Origin: an uncultured delta proteobacterium
Lineage (GTDB): Bacteria > Myxococcota > Myxococcia > SLRQ01
Assembly: GCA_963727485.1 (NCBI GenBank)
Contig: CAVSGM010000002.1
Location: forward strand, 1,376,001 to 1,440,000
Reading direction: 5' to 3'
DNA length: 64,000 nt
Shown here: piece after piece, positions 10,672 to 21,852 of the stretch
How positions within the stretch are numbered: the stretch's first letter is position 1
Layout: the number at the start of each line of letters is the position of its first letter
The notes under the pieces: model-generated
Seen by the model: the letters and a program-made list of their open reading frames with translations, nothing else
What the model was told of the DNA's origin: nothing
Database searches by the model: none
Translations under genes and position numbers: made by a program

Positions 10672-10678
10672 GAACCGG

Positions 10679-11086
10679 TCACACCGACGGCCCCCGGGTG
10701 AGCTCGGCGAGGAAGCGGATCTCCGCGACCAGGTTGTCGAGGCCCACCTCCCGCTGCCACACCAGCTCGGTGACCAGGGCCAGGTCGGCCTCGGGGCCGG
10801 CGTCGGGGAGGGTGGACTCGGTGGTGTCGGCGTGGGTGAGGACGTAGCCCCGGGCCCCCAGGCGGTCGCCGAGGCGCCCGCGCAGCTCCGCCTCGACCTC
10901 GGCCGGGGGCCGGCCCGCGTGGCGGGCGACCACGGTGAGCTCGAGGTGGTTCACCGAGACGGTGAGGGCCACCCCCGGGGCGGGCTCCACCATCCGGCTG
11001 TGGCCCAGCCGCCGCACCGGCGCCAGGCCGACGCCGGCGAAGGCCGCCTCCGCCCGCTGGAGGAACGCCCGGCCCCCCTCGGCCAA
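10679..11086 (-). CDS. Hypothetical protein
   Basis: Fills the gap between the archaemetzincin and addB on the same strand; TTG start abuts the upstream stop. Confidence 0.55.
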   Translation of the reverse strand: MAEGGRAFLQRAEAAFAGVGLAPVRRLGHSRMVEPAPGVALTVSVNHLELTVVARHAGRPPAEVEAELRGRLGDRLGARGYVLTHADTTESTLPDAGPEADLALVTELVWQREVGLDNLVAEIRFLAELTRGPSV

Positions 11087-11629
11087 CTAGCGCCTCGGCC
11101 CCAGGCCCAGGCGATCGCGGCAGGTGTCGCAGAACCGCGGGCGCTTGCGATCGGTGTCGGAGAGGGTGTTGGCGAAGAACATGGCGCAGCTGTCGGTCTG
11201 GCAGTGGGGCAGGCCGAAGATGTGGCCCACCTCGTGGAGCACCTCGGCGCTGACCCGGCGGAGGGTGACCGCCGCGTCGGCGGGGCGCCCGTAGAAGCCC
11301 GGCTGCATCCGCGCCAGGGAGACCACCGCCGCCTTCTCCGCCCGGTCGGCCTCGCCGAACACGAAGTTGAGGTCGGGGGTGAACAGGTCGACGTCCACCA
11401 GGCCCACGCCCAGCACGTGCTTCTTGGGATCGATGGCGTGGCTCACCCGCCGGACCACGGCGGTGGAGTGGTACTGCTGCCGCGCCGGGTTGAAGGCGTA
11501 CTGGGGGTCGGCGAGCGACGGAAGCACGTCGAAACCGCGCCCGAGGGCCTCGGTGAGGACCTGCCCCAGATCCCGGCAGAAGGTCCGAGAAACCGACCCC
11601 ACGGGGACGATGGCGAAGACTCCATCCAT
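11087..11629 (-). CDS. Archaemetzincin family Zn metalloprotease (peptidase M54)
   Basis: HEVGHIFGLPHC....CAM, R.QY, DLF.P.LNFVFGEA and FCDTC. Confidence 0.9.
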   Translation of the reverse strand: MDGVFAIVPVGSVSRTFCRDLGQVLTEALGRGFDVLPSLADPQYAFNPARQQYHSTAVVRRVSHAIDPKKHVLGVGLVDVDLFTPDLNFVFGEADRAEKAAVVSLARMQPGFYGRPADAAVTLRRVSAEVLHEVGHIFGLPHCQTDSCAMFFANTLSDTDRKRPRFCDTCRDRLGLGPRR

Positions 11630-11683
11630 CCTGAGGACCAACACTTGCCAGTCCCCGGTCCTGGTGTAAAGGGCCAATTGCGC

Positions 11684-11712
11684 TTGATGCACCGGGCGCT
11701 TCCGCCTACCAT
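11684..11712 (+). promoter_or_regulatory. Sigma70-like promoter of tRNA-Gln
   Basis: TTGATG-N17-TACCAT ending 11 nt before the tRNA. Confidence 0.55.
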
Positions 11713-11723
11713 CCGCGCCGCGC

Positions 11724-11797
11724 TGGGGAGTCGTCTAACGGCAGGACATCGGCCTTTGGAGCCGATTATCCAGGTTCGAATCCTGGCTCCCCAGCCA
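11724..11797 (+). tRNA. tRNA-Gln (anticodon TTG)
   Basis: Acceptor stem TGGGGAG/CTCCCCA, anticodon arm ATCGGC-CTTTGGA-GCCGAT, T-loop GGTTCGAATCC, encoded CCA end. Confidence 0.97.
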
Positions 11798-11801
11798 GGT
11801 C

Positions 11802-13645
<1,844 letters not shown>

Positions 13646-13649
<4 letters not shown>

Positions 13650-14251
13650 GGCCGCGGGGCCTCCCGGCGGGCGGCGAGGACCAGGGCGTCGTCCCGGGCG
13701 AGGGCGCCGGCGACGAGGACCCGGCCCACCATCGGCCCCAGGGGTCCCTGGGTGTCGGCCTGGGACAGGGCCTCGGGGGCGAGGCCGTCGGTGGCCAGGA
13801 GCAGGAGGGACCCGGCGGACCAGGCCACCTCCCGCACCCGCACCGCCGCCGTGAGGCGCCCGACCACCCCGCCGACGAGGGGCAGCCCCTCGGTGCGCCC
13901 CCCGGGGACGAGGAGGCGGCCCTCGACGTTGCCCACCCCCGCCCAGGCGAGGGCCCGGCCGCGACGCTGGACCAGGGACAGGGCCAGGCCCCTCGTCCGC
14001 TTCGCGGCGAGGTCGGCGCGCTCGAAGAGCTCGGGGAGCGGCGCCCCCGCGTCCGCCGCCAGGGCGCCGGCGGCGGCCAGCGCGGCCTCCCGGGCCTCGG
14101 GGCCGTGTCCGAGGCCGTCCATCATGGCCACCAGCACCCCCCCGTCGAAGGGGAGCACCCGGCACAGATCGCCGCTGGTCTCGCCCCCGAGGCGAGGCCG
14201 GCCGGCGCTGGCCCAGGCCAGCCCGCCATCACGCCCGACCTCGATCGGCAT
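13646..14251 (-). CDS. rsbX: RsbX-like PP2C/SpoIIE phosphatase
   Basis: SGD, DGLGHG, RG, GVGNV, LATDG and DDA motifs; position in the RST operon. Confidence 0.8.
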
Positions 14252-14669
14252 CGCCCACCCACTTGGTCATGGTCACGGTGGTCCCCAGCCCGGGCCCGCT
14301 GTCCACGGCGAGGGCGTCCATCAGCCGCCGCGCCCCCGGGAGCCCCAGCCCCAGCCCCCGGCCCGTGGAGAACCCGTCGGTGAGGGCCCGGGCCACGTCG
14401 TCGATCCCCGGACCCCGGTCCCGGGCGATCACCTCCAGGCCCACCCGGCCGGCGTGGGCCACCCGGCGGAGCACCACCTCGCCCTCGACGGCGTAGTTGA
14501 GGATGTTTCGCGCCACCTCGGAGATGGCGGTGGCCACCATGGTCAGCTCCATCTGGCCGAGGCCCACCGCCTCGCCCATCGCCCGGCCCCGTTTGCGGGC
14601 CTCGACGATGTCCCCCTCGTGTCGGATGGGGATCACCCGGCTGTCCGCGTCGTCGCCGCCCGGGATCAT
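14229..14669 (-). CDS. rsbT: RsbT-like anti-sigma/serine kinase
   Basis: DIV.AR, TAISEVARNI..YA, DRGPGI, GFSTG.GLGLGLPGARRLMD, G.GTTV...KW. Confidence 0.92.
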   Translation of the reverse strand: MIPGGDDADSRVIPIRHEGDIVEARKRGRAMGEAVGLGQMELTMVATAISEVARNILNYAVEGEVVLRRVAHAGRVGLEVIARDRGPGIDDVARALTDGFSTGRGLGLGLPGARRLMDALAVDSGPGLGTTVTMTKWVGDADRGRA

Positions 14670-15031
14670 GGCTCGACGTCCCCGGCAAGGAGCCGCGACA
14701 GGCGGTCGAGGCCCTCCTCAAGGTCGAGGGCGGTGACGGTTCTTGGGAGGCGGAGGCCGAGCTGCACCATGGAGAAGGCGACGTCGGGCTGGATCCCGCT
14801 GATGACGGTCTTCGCTCCCCGGAGGCGGAGCATCTGGGCGAGGTCGCCGAGGGCCCGGCCGGCGAAGGAGTCCAGCACCGGCATCCCGGTCACGTCGACC
14901 AGCACCCCCTTCGACCGGTACCGGCCGAGCTGGTCGAGCAGCGTGTCCTGGAGGATCCCCCACTCACTGTCCGTGAGCTCCCGCTGGAGCGAGGAGATGA
15001 GCACCTCGCCCTGCTTGAGGATGGGGATCAT
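14666..15031 (-). CDS. rsbS: RsbS stressosome STAS protein
   Basis: IPILK, DVTG..VLDSF (phosphoacceptor Ser), GAKTVISGIQPDVAFSMVQLGL, TALDLEEGL. Confidence 0.92.
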   Translation of the reverse strand: MIPILKQGEVLISSLQRELTDSEWGILQDTLLDQLGRYRSKGVLVDVTGMPVLDSFAGRALGDLAQMLRLRGAKTVISGIQPDVAFSMVQLGLRLPRTVTALDLEEGLDRLSRLLAGDVEP

Positions 15032-15954
15032 TTCACCGGCTCCGCGGCGAAGCCCGCCGGGGCGGGCGACATCATGCCCCCGCCCGGCTCGGCCGGAAGG
15101 CCGAGCTCGGCGAGGCGCTGCTCGGCGGCCTCGACGCCGGCCTGGAGGTCCACCAGGGTGCGCACCCGGCCGAGATCGGCGCCGAGGGCCACCACGGTCC
15201 GGGCGATGCCCGGGGAGATGCCCGTGAGGAGCACCTCGCAGCCCATGAGCCCGGCGGCCTCCACCGTCTGCACCAGGTGGTGGGCCACCCGGGAGTCGAC
15301 CATGGGCACGCCGGTGATGTCGATGACCGCCGCCCGGGCCCGATGGGTCCGCACCGCCTCCAGGACCGACTCGGTGATCTGCCGGGCCCGGTGGGTGTCC
15401 ACCACGCCCACCACGGGGACGATGAGCAGCCGCGGCCGGATCCGGAACACCGGGGTGGACAGCTCGCGGATCGCCGCCTGCTGCTGGGTGATGATCCGCT
15501 CCTTGGCGGTGAGGTAGGCCTCGCCGAGGATCTCGGTGATGAGATCGAGGTAGTGGCCGAGGCCCGCGACCAGCCGGTTCAGGGTGCCCGCGTCCCCGGC
15601 GGCCCGGTCGACGAGGCGTTTGAGGACCTCCCGGCGCATCAGGGTGAGGAGGGCGTGCCAGTCCGCGAAGGGCACCCCGCGCTCGGCCCAGCCCTCGGCC
15701 TCGGCGCGGAGCCGCGCCACCAGGGGACCGAAGTCTCCCGACTCGAGGGCGGCGTGCATCTCCCGGTCGCTCTCGGCGTTGCGCCTCGCCTGGAGCTCCG
15801 GGTCGACCTCGTCGGCGGCCCGGGCCAGGGACGGGACCTCGGAGAGGCGGTCCCTCAGGGCCGCGTCCAGGCCCTCCCGCTCGGCCTGGTAGACCTCCCA
15901 GAAGGCCGCGAGCTCGGCCCGCGCCGCATCATCGAGGCTGGGAACATAATCCAT
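15028..15954 (-). CDS. rsbR: RsbR stressosome sensor (globin-like N-terminus plus STAS)
   Basis: QQQAAIRELSTPV, PVVGVVDTHRA, IDITGVPMVDSRVAHHL, LMG..V.LTGISP.IA. Confidence 0.9.
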   Translation of the reverse strand: MDYVPSLDDAARAELAAFWEVYQAEREGLDAALRDRLSEVPSLARAADEVDPELQARRNAESDREMHAALESGDFGPLVARLRAEAEGWAERGVPFADWHALLTLMRREVLKRLVDRAAGDAGTLNRLVAGLGHYLDLITEILGEAYLTAKERIITQQQAAIRELSTPVFRIRPRLLIVPVVGVVDTHRARQITESVLEAVRTHRARAAVIDITGVPMVDSRVAHHLVQTVEAAGLMGCEVLLTGISPGIARTVVALGADLGRVRTLVDLQAGVEAAEQRLAELGLPAEPGGGMMSPAPAGFAAEPVK

Positions 15955-16019
15955 GGCCACGGCAGCTGCTCCTTTCCGGTCTTCCCCGCATGACCGCCTC
16001 CGCGCCCCGCAGATCTTGC

Positions 16020-16049
16020 ACGCTAGGGCCCCCGGGTCGGCGGGGTCAA
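16020..16049 (-). promoter_or_regulatory. Sigma70-like promoter of the stressosome operon
   Basis: Minus strand TTGACC-N18-TAGCGT upstream of rsbR. Confidence 0.4.
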
Positions 16050-16115
16050 GTGGGTCGATCAGCCACCGCGGCCGGGGTGTGACCGGGGTCACAACCCCCA
16101 AGCTGTGCGGGAGAC

Positions 16116-17117
16116 CTAGTACCGCCAGACCGCGGCGCCCCAGGTGAACCCGGCGCCGAAGGCGGCCATGGCCAGCACCTGCCCCCGGTCGATGCGCCCC
16201 TGCTCGATGGCCTCGTCGAGGCCCAGGGGGATGGTGGCCGCGGTGGTGTTCCCGTAGCGCTGGATGTTGTTGAACACCTGCTCGGGCTTCAGCCCCAGGG
16301 TCTGGGCCACCATCTCGTTGATCCGGAGGTTGGCCTGGTGGGGGACGAGCAGGTCGATGTCCTTGGGCTCGAGGCCCGCCTCGCCCAGGACCTGGCCGAT
16401 GGCCTGGGGCATCTTCACGACCGCGTGCTTGAAGACCTTGGAGCCCTGCATCTTCGGGTACTGGCGGCGGCCCTCGTCGACCCCGAGGTCGTACTGGGGG
16501 TGGTGCTTGCTCGAGGGGAACTCGACCCAGAGGTCCTCGGCGTGGCGGCCGTCGGCGCCCAGCGTGAGGGCGAGCAGCCCCCGGTCCGGGTCGTCGGTGG
16601 GCCCGAGGATGGCCACGGCGGCGCCGTCGCCGAAGATCACCGAGACGTCGCGCCCCTCGGTGGTCAGGTCGAGGCCTGTGGAGTGGACCTCGGCGCCCAC
16701 CAGGAGCACCCGCTTGTAGGCCCCGGCGCGGATCCAGGCGTCGGCCACGGAGAGCCCGTAGAGGAAGCCCGAGCACTGGTTGCGGATGTCCAGTGCCGGG
16801 ACGCCCTTGAGGCCGAGCTTCGCCTGGAGGAAGCACCCGGAGCCGGGGAAGTGGTGGTCCGGGGAGAGGGTGGCGTAGACGATGGCGTCAATCTCGCTGG
16901 CGTCCATGTCCGCCTTGTCCAGGGCCTTCTTCGTGGCCTCGAGGGCGAGGTCCGAGCCGCCCACCCCGCTGCCCTCGTCGATCCAGTGGCGCGCCTCGAT
17001 GCCGGTGCGCTGGCGGATCCAGGCGTCGGAGGTGTCCATCATCTGCTCGAGGTCGTGGTTGGTGACCACCCGGTCGGGGACGTGGCGGCCGGTGGCGATG
17101 ATCTCGGTCCTGGGCAT
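16116..17117 (-). CDS. fabH: 3-oxoacyl-ACP synthase III
   Basis: DTSDAWIRQRTGI, NQCSGF (catalytic Cys), FGDGA, PHQANLRI, YGNT, FGAGFTWG. Confidence 0.92.
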   Translation of the reverse strand: MPRTEIIATGRHVPDRVVTNHDLEQMMDTSDAWIRQRTGIEARHWIDEGSGVGGSDLALEATKKALDKADMDASEIDAIVYATLSPDHHFPGSGCFLQAKLGLKGVPALDIRNQCSGFLYGLSVADAWIRAGAYKRVLLVGAEVHSTGLDLTTEGRDVSVIFGDGAAVAILGPTDDPDRGLLALTLGADGRHAEDLWVEFPSSKHHPQYDLGVDEGRRQYPKMQGSKVFKHAVVKMPQAIGQVLGEAGLEPKDIDLLVPHQANLRINEMVAQTLGLKPEQVFNNIQRYGNTTAATIPLGLDEAIEQGRIDRGQVLAMAAFGAGFTWGAAVWRY

Positions 17118-17322
17118 CGGGCGATCCTCCGGGGGGGCGCGCGCGGGGGGAGGCGCGCGGGGGGATGAGCGCCGCTCATTGGCGGCCGGGGCGCATGGTG
17201 CCGCGCCCGGCCCCGGGCCGCAACCCCTTGTCGTCCCAGGACCGGGGTAGGTACGGGTCCCCAGTCGACCCCGGCCAATCGACCGATGCCGCCGGGGAGC
17301 CGTTCCCCTAGAATCGCCCACG

Positions 17323-18114
17323 ATGGACGACCGGGGACAACGACGAAGGCGGGGCCAGGCCGGCCAGGCGGCGGTGGAGCAGGCGCTGGTGATGCCGCTG
17401 ATGGTCTTCCTGATCCTGGGGATCGTGCAGCTCACCATGATGCAGCAGGCGCGCATCATGCTCGAGTACGCGGCCTTCAACGCGGCCCGCTCGGGGGCGG
17501 TCTACAACGGCGACCCCGACGCCATGGAGTGGGCGGCCACCTTGAGCCTCCTGCCGACCATGGGCCGGACCGACAGCTGGGGAAATCTGATGAAGCGGGC
17601 CGGGGTCGCGGCGCTCACCGCGGGCCTGGGCAGCTTCCTCGGCAAGTTCCACATCCCCGGGGTGGCGACCAAGCTGGTGAAGGTGGAGATCCTCAACCCC
17701 ACCAAGGACGCCTTCTCCTCCAAGTACGCCAAGCACCTCGACTACAAACAGCTCGATTTCGATGACATCCGGGGGCAGGCGGCCAAGGACAATCTGCTGT
17801 CCATCCGGCTGACCTATTTCTATCACCTGCGCGTGCCCTTCGTGAATCACCTGATCATGCTGTTCTGGTTCGGGAGCACGGTGGGCCAGCTCGACCGGCT
17901 CCACAGCATCGACTTCGTGAACCCGAAGATGGCCCACGCCTCGGACCTGGTCGCCGCCATGGCCTTCGCCCGGGGCAAGGCCAACCTGCGCACCGCCTAT
18001 CTCGCCTGGCAGGCGGGCTACGACTACTTCCCGATGACCACCTATTACACCATCCGGATGCAGTCGAACCTCTACAAGGCCAACGTGCTCAAGGCCGCCC
18101 CCACGGGCGGGTGA
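17323..18114 (+). CDS. TadE-like minor pilin
   Basis: Prepilin motif GQAAVE, hydrophobic helix ALVMPLMVFLILGIVQL, YAAFNAARSGAV. Confidence 0.85.
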   Translation: MDDRGQRRRRGQAGQAAVEQALVMPLMVFLILGIVQLTMMQQARIMLEYAAFNAARSGAVYNGDPDAMEWAATLSLLPTMGRTDSWGNLMKRAGVAALTAGLGSFLGKFHIPGVATKLVKVEILNPTKDAFSSKYAKHLDYKQLDFDDIRGQAAKDNLLSIRLTYFYHLRVPFVNHLIMLFWFGSTVGQLDRLHSIDFVNPKMAHASDLVAAMAFARGKANLRTAYLAWQAGYDYFPMTTYYTIRMQSNLYKANVLKAAPTGG

Positions 18115-18132
18115 GGCCGGGGGAACGCGACC

Positions 18133-19731
18133 ATGTTCATCCACTTCGAGCGGCTGCGGAAGGACGAGGACGGGCAGACCCTGGTCCTCGCGGCGGTGTC
18201 GATGCTGGTCCTCGCGCTGTGCGTGATGGCCACCATCCACATCGGCCACGTGGCCTACGAGAAGGTCGAGCTGCAGAACGCCGCCGACCAGGGCGCCTAC
18301 TCCCTGGCCGCCACCACCGCCGAGGGCTTCAACTTCTTCGCCTACACCAACCGGGCGATGATCTGCCACTACGCCGGCCTGCTCACCCTCTACGCCTGGG
18401 TGAGCTACCTGCTCTACGTCGACCACACCTGGGTTCGGCTGGCGAAGCTCTTCGAGGTGATCCCCGGCATCGGCGAGGCCATCGCCGTGATCACCGACAT
18501 CATAGACAACGTGATCACCGCCCTCGACGACTTCGTGGGCTACACCGCCGGACCGGCGATCAACGCCTTCAACTACATCCTCTTCGCCTTCCAGACGGCG
18601 ATGGCCCTCTTCCTCGCCACCGACGTGGTCATCTCCACACCCCAGGCGTTCACCGACAGTGACAGCGGCGCCAAGATGAACAAGCTGGCGAGCGTCCTCG
18701 GCGCCGCCTCCCGGGTGGCCAACACCGTGGAGCTCGCCAAGTCCGTCGACTACAAGGACATCGAGAAGCTCGCCTCGATGAAGGCCGACACCGACGAGGG
18801 GCGGATGGTGATGACCGACCTCATCAACTCGGCCAGACACCCCTGGGTGGCGGGCACCGACGTCAAGACCAACTCCTGGAACCCGCTGGCCTACCTGGGG
18901 CGCAGCTTCGCCATCCACATCCACCTGTGGCTGCTCATCGCCGGCCTCGACTTCCAGCTGCGCAAGGAGGCCCGCACCGAGGAGGGCGCCACCGACTCCA
19001 GCCAGAAGCGCGACCAGGTCTACTCGGTGGACGCCTTCAAGCTGCGGGCCACCGCCTCCGTCGGGATCGCCGACGTGACCGTGGGCTTCACCTACCTCTC
19101 CCAGGTCTGGGCCGACAAGGCCAAGGGCGGGATGAGCGAGGCCCTCCTCGATGTCGACGGGCACATGTGGGGCGGGCGCCTGGCCAAGTGCCACGTGCTG
19201 CACGTCTCCTGCCCCGGGTTCATCTCCGACGGGCTGCTCGCACCGCTGAACACCCCCTGGAAGATCCTGGTGAAGCTGGTGGAGGGGCTGGCCATCGAGG
19301 AGGAGCAGCAGGGCAAGCACCACCTCTACCCCCTGGGCATCACGCCCTACGCCAAGTTCAAGCCCGAGGCCAAGTGGCGCGCCGGGTTCAACGAGCCGGA
19401 CTTCATGGTCTTCGCCAGCAAGGACCTCAAGGAGGTCAACAAGCTCTGGACCCAGAGCAAGATCCCCTCGAAGTACAGCCTCACCATCCCCGGGCAGAAG
19501 GAGGCGAAGATCGACTTCACCGACACCCAGTCGGGGATGCCCAGCTGGATGAGCCCGGGGCTCAACGCCCTCTCGGTGGCGCGGGCCTACTACCACCGCC
19601 CGGGTGACTGGCGGGAGCAGCCGAACTTCTTCAATCCCTTCTGGGGCGCGAAGCTCGAGCCGGTGGCCAACCACCCGCTCCTCGAGTCGCTGCACCTCGG
19701 GACCCTGGCCGACAAGGTCATCACCCACTAG
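18133..19731 (+). CDS. Tad-domain (TadG-like) pilus tip protein
   Basis: DEDGQTLVL, hydrophobic helix, K.ELQNAAD.GAYS.A, N..AYTNRAM; C-terminal YYHRPGDWREQPNFFNPFWGAKL. Confidence 0.85.
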   Translation: MFIHFERLRKDEDGQTLVLAAVSMLVLALCVMATIHIGHVAYEKVELQNAADQGAYSLAATTAEGFNFFAYTNRAMICHYAGLLTLYAWVSYLLYVDHTWVRLAKLFEVIPGIGEAIAVITDIIDNVITALDDFVGYTAGPAINAFNYILFAFQTAMALFLATDVVISTPQAFTDSDSGAKMNKLASVLGAASRVANTVELAKSVDYKDIEKLASMKADTDEGRMVMTDLINSARHPWVAGTDVKTNSWNPLAYLGRSFAIHIHLWLLIAGLDFQLRKEARTEEGATDSSQKRDQVYSVDAFKLRATASVGIADVTVGFTYLSQVWADKAKGGMSEALLDVDGHMWGGRLAKCHVLHVSCPGFISDGLLAPLNTPWKILVKLVEGLAIEEEQQGKHHLYPLGITPYAKFKPEAKWRAGFNEPDFMVFASKDLKEVNKLWTQSKIPSKYSLTIPGQKEAKIDFTDTQSGMPSWMSPGLNALSVARAYYHRPGDWREQPNFFNPFWGAKLEPVANHPLLESLHLGTLADKVITH

Positions 19732-19742
19732 GAGGCGATGGG

Positions 19743-21053
19743 ATGCGGCGGCCATTCTCACGACTGCGTGACGAGGAGGGGACGGCGATCACCGAGATGG
19801 CGATCATGCTCCCCGCGCTCCTCATCATCTTCTTCTGGTGCCTGTTCTTCACCGACATCTCGCTGGTGCGCCTCAAGGTCCTCGAGGCCACCCGGATGGC
19901 CGTGTGGGAGACCACCGTGTTCCGCAGCCCCAGCGCCATCAAGTCGGACGTGGAGGCGCGGTTCCAGGACCTGCGCTCCAGCGACACCGACAAGACGACC
20001 AAGCCCAAGGGGTTCATGACCCTCAACGACGTCAAGGTGAACGTCTCCGTCCAGTCGAACCTCGAGCACCCCTTCGTGGGCCAGGCCGACTTCGGGGACA
20101 AGGGGGGCGCTGCCACCAAGGTCGTCGGCTCGATCAACAAGGGCCTCGACTGGATCCTGAACTACATGGGGATGAACACCAAGGCCCGGGCCAAGGCCAC
20201 CGTCTCCATCTCGGTCCAGAACGACCTCATCCCCAAGAACCTCCACATCCTCGACAACCGCATCGACGACGACGTGCTCACCAGGCCCCTGGTGTTCAAG
20301 TCCCAGGGCGGGATCGTCTTCGACACCTGGAAGGCCTGGCCCCACCGGGCGTCGGGCACCACCAGCAACGCCGGCAACGAGACCGACGTCTACCGCTCCT
20401 ACCCGGTGGCCGAGAAGTACGTGGCCGACAAGGTGAAGAACATCGCCTTCTTCGGCCTCAACAAGGTGTCGATCTTCGACACCGCCGCCAAGGTGGTCGA
20501 CAAGCTGGGGATGCCGGTGCCCTGGCTGGTGAGCTCCTTCCAGGCCGACCACGAAGGCCCCATCGCCATGCTCCCGGCGGCGCCCATCTCCGAGAGCTGG
20601 GTCCCCGGCCATGGGATGAAGCCCTACAAGGCCGGGCAGCTCACCTTCAACAACTACGCCAAGGCCGGCCCGGGCACCTTCGACACCCCGGCCCAGGGCG
20701 TGGACCGGGCGCGGCCCACCCTCCCCTACAAGATCGCCAGCGCCAAGTGGTCGATGAGCGGCGGCAGCGGCGGCAACATCCTGGGGGCGGTCACCGGGAG
20801 CTGCAACGGCGGCTACTGCAAGACCGAGCTGTCCTCGGGCGACGCCGAGAACGCCTACTACCAGAGCTACCAGTGCCGCGGGCACTTCTACGAGGGGATG
20901 ACCAACGCCACCGGCAAGCCGGGCTCGGCGGCGTTCTTCAACCTGGTGGGCGCCTCCAAGAACTACAACGGCTGCGAGGACGCGGCGGACAGCGCCGCCG
21001 ACACCATCGCCAAGTGGGGCTCGGGCCTGGGCTCGCTGCTCGGGGGAGGCTGA
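19743..21053 (+). CDS. TadE-like minor pilin with long C-terminal domain
   Basis: DEEGTAITEMAIMLP plus helix, EATR.AVWE; four C-terminal Cys; GGAGG RBS upstream. Confidence 0.8.
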   Translation: MRRPFSRLRDEEGTAITEMAIMLPALLIIFFWCLFFTDISLVRLKVLEATRMAVWETTVFRSPSAIKSDVEARFQDLRSSDTDKTTKPKGFMTLNDVKVNVSVQSNLEHPFVGQADFGDKGGAATKVVGSINKGLDWILNYMGMNTKARAKATVSISVQNDLIPKNLHILDNRIDDDVLTRPLVFKSQGGIVFDTWKAWPHRASGTTSNAGNETDVYRSYPVAEKYVADKVKNIAFFGLNKVSIFDTAAKVVDKLGMPVPWLVSSFQADHEGPIAMLPAAPISESWVPGHGMKPYKAGQLTFNNYAKAGPGTFDTPAQGVDRARPTLPYKIASAKWSMSGGSGGNILGAVTGSCNGGYCKTELSSGDAENAYYQSYQCRGHFYEGMTNATGKPGSAAFFNLVGASKNYNGCEDAADSAADTIAKWGSGLGSLLGGG

Positions 21054-21054
21054 C

Positions 21055-21852
21055 ATGCGCGGCGCGCGACGCATCCTGGTGGACCTCGGGGCCACGGCGC
21101 TGGTCGGCGGCTGCGTGGTGGCGGCGCTGGTGGTGGGCAGCCCCCGCCTCCCGGCGGCGCGGGCCGAGATGCCCGACACCGCCGCCCCGCCCCCGGTCGA
21201 CCCCCTGCTGCCGTCGGCGGGCCCGGGCTCGGTGCCGGTGGTCCGCGGGAGCACCGTCGACGGCCGGGAGATGAACGCCGACATCCGGCTCTCCCACCAG
21301 AGCGTCGACGCCCTCGCCGAGCACTACCGGGCGCTGCTCACCGACCGGGGGATCCACGTCGACGAGACCGACCTCGCCGGCCAGCACTTCGTGGGCGGGC
21401 TCGCCCCGGATGGCCACCAGGTGGGCGTGCTCCTCCGGCCGGTGGCCGACCCCACCGGCGGCACCGAGACGGTGGTGGTGCCCATCTCCGCCCGGGGCAC
21501 CTACCGCCCCGGCGCCGAGGCGACCGACCTCGACCTGCCCCTGCCCCCGAACCACCAGGTGGTCTCCACCGGGCGCTCCCACGCCGGCGCCTCCGGGGCC
21601 ACCACCGCGGAGATCCTCTGCACCCAGTCGGCCGAGGCGGTGCGGGCCTTCTACGCGCAGGCCATGGCCGCGCGGCACTACACCCCCCTGACCCTCGGCG
21701 GCCGGATCCGGGGCCGCGGCCACAAGGCCCTGATCCTGCGCTACCGCGGCCCCGATGGCGACCTCGCCACCATCGGCATCCACCGGATGGACGACGGGCA
21801 CGCCGCGGTGTTCCTGGTCCACACCGACCACCGAGAGGTCAACACCCCATGA
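21055..21852 (+). CDS. Exported hypothetical protein in the Tad operon (two internal repeats)
   Basis: N-terminal hydrophobic segment; repeats SVDALAEHYRALL and SAEAVRAFYAQAM. Confidence 0.7.
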   Translation: MRGARRILVDLGATALVGGCVVAALVVGSPRLPAARAEMPDTAAPPPVDPLLPSAGPGSVPVVRGSTVDGREMNADIRLSHQSVDALAEHYRALLTDRGIHVDETDLAGQHFVGGLAPDGHQVGVLLRPVADPTGGTETVVVPISARGTYRPGAEATDLDLPLPPNHQVVSTGRSHAGASGATTAEILCTQSAEAVRAFYAQAMAARHYTPLTLGGRIRGRGHKALILRYRGPDGDLATIGIHRMDDGHAAVFLVHTDHREVNTP

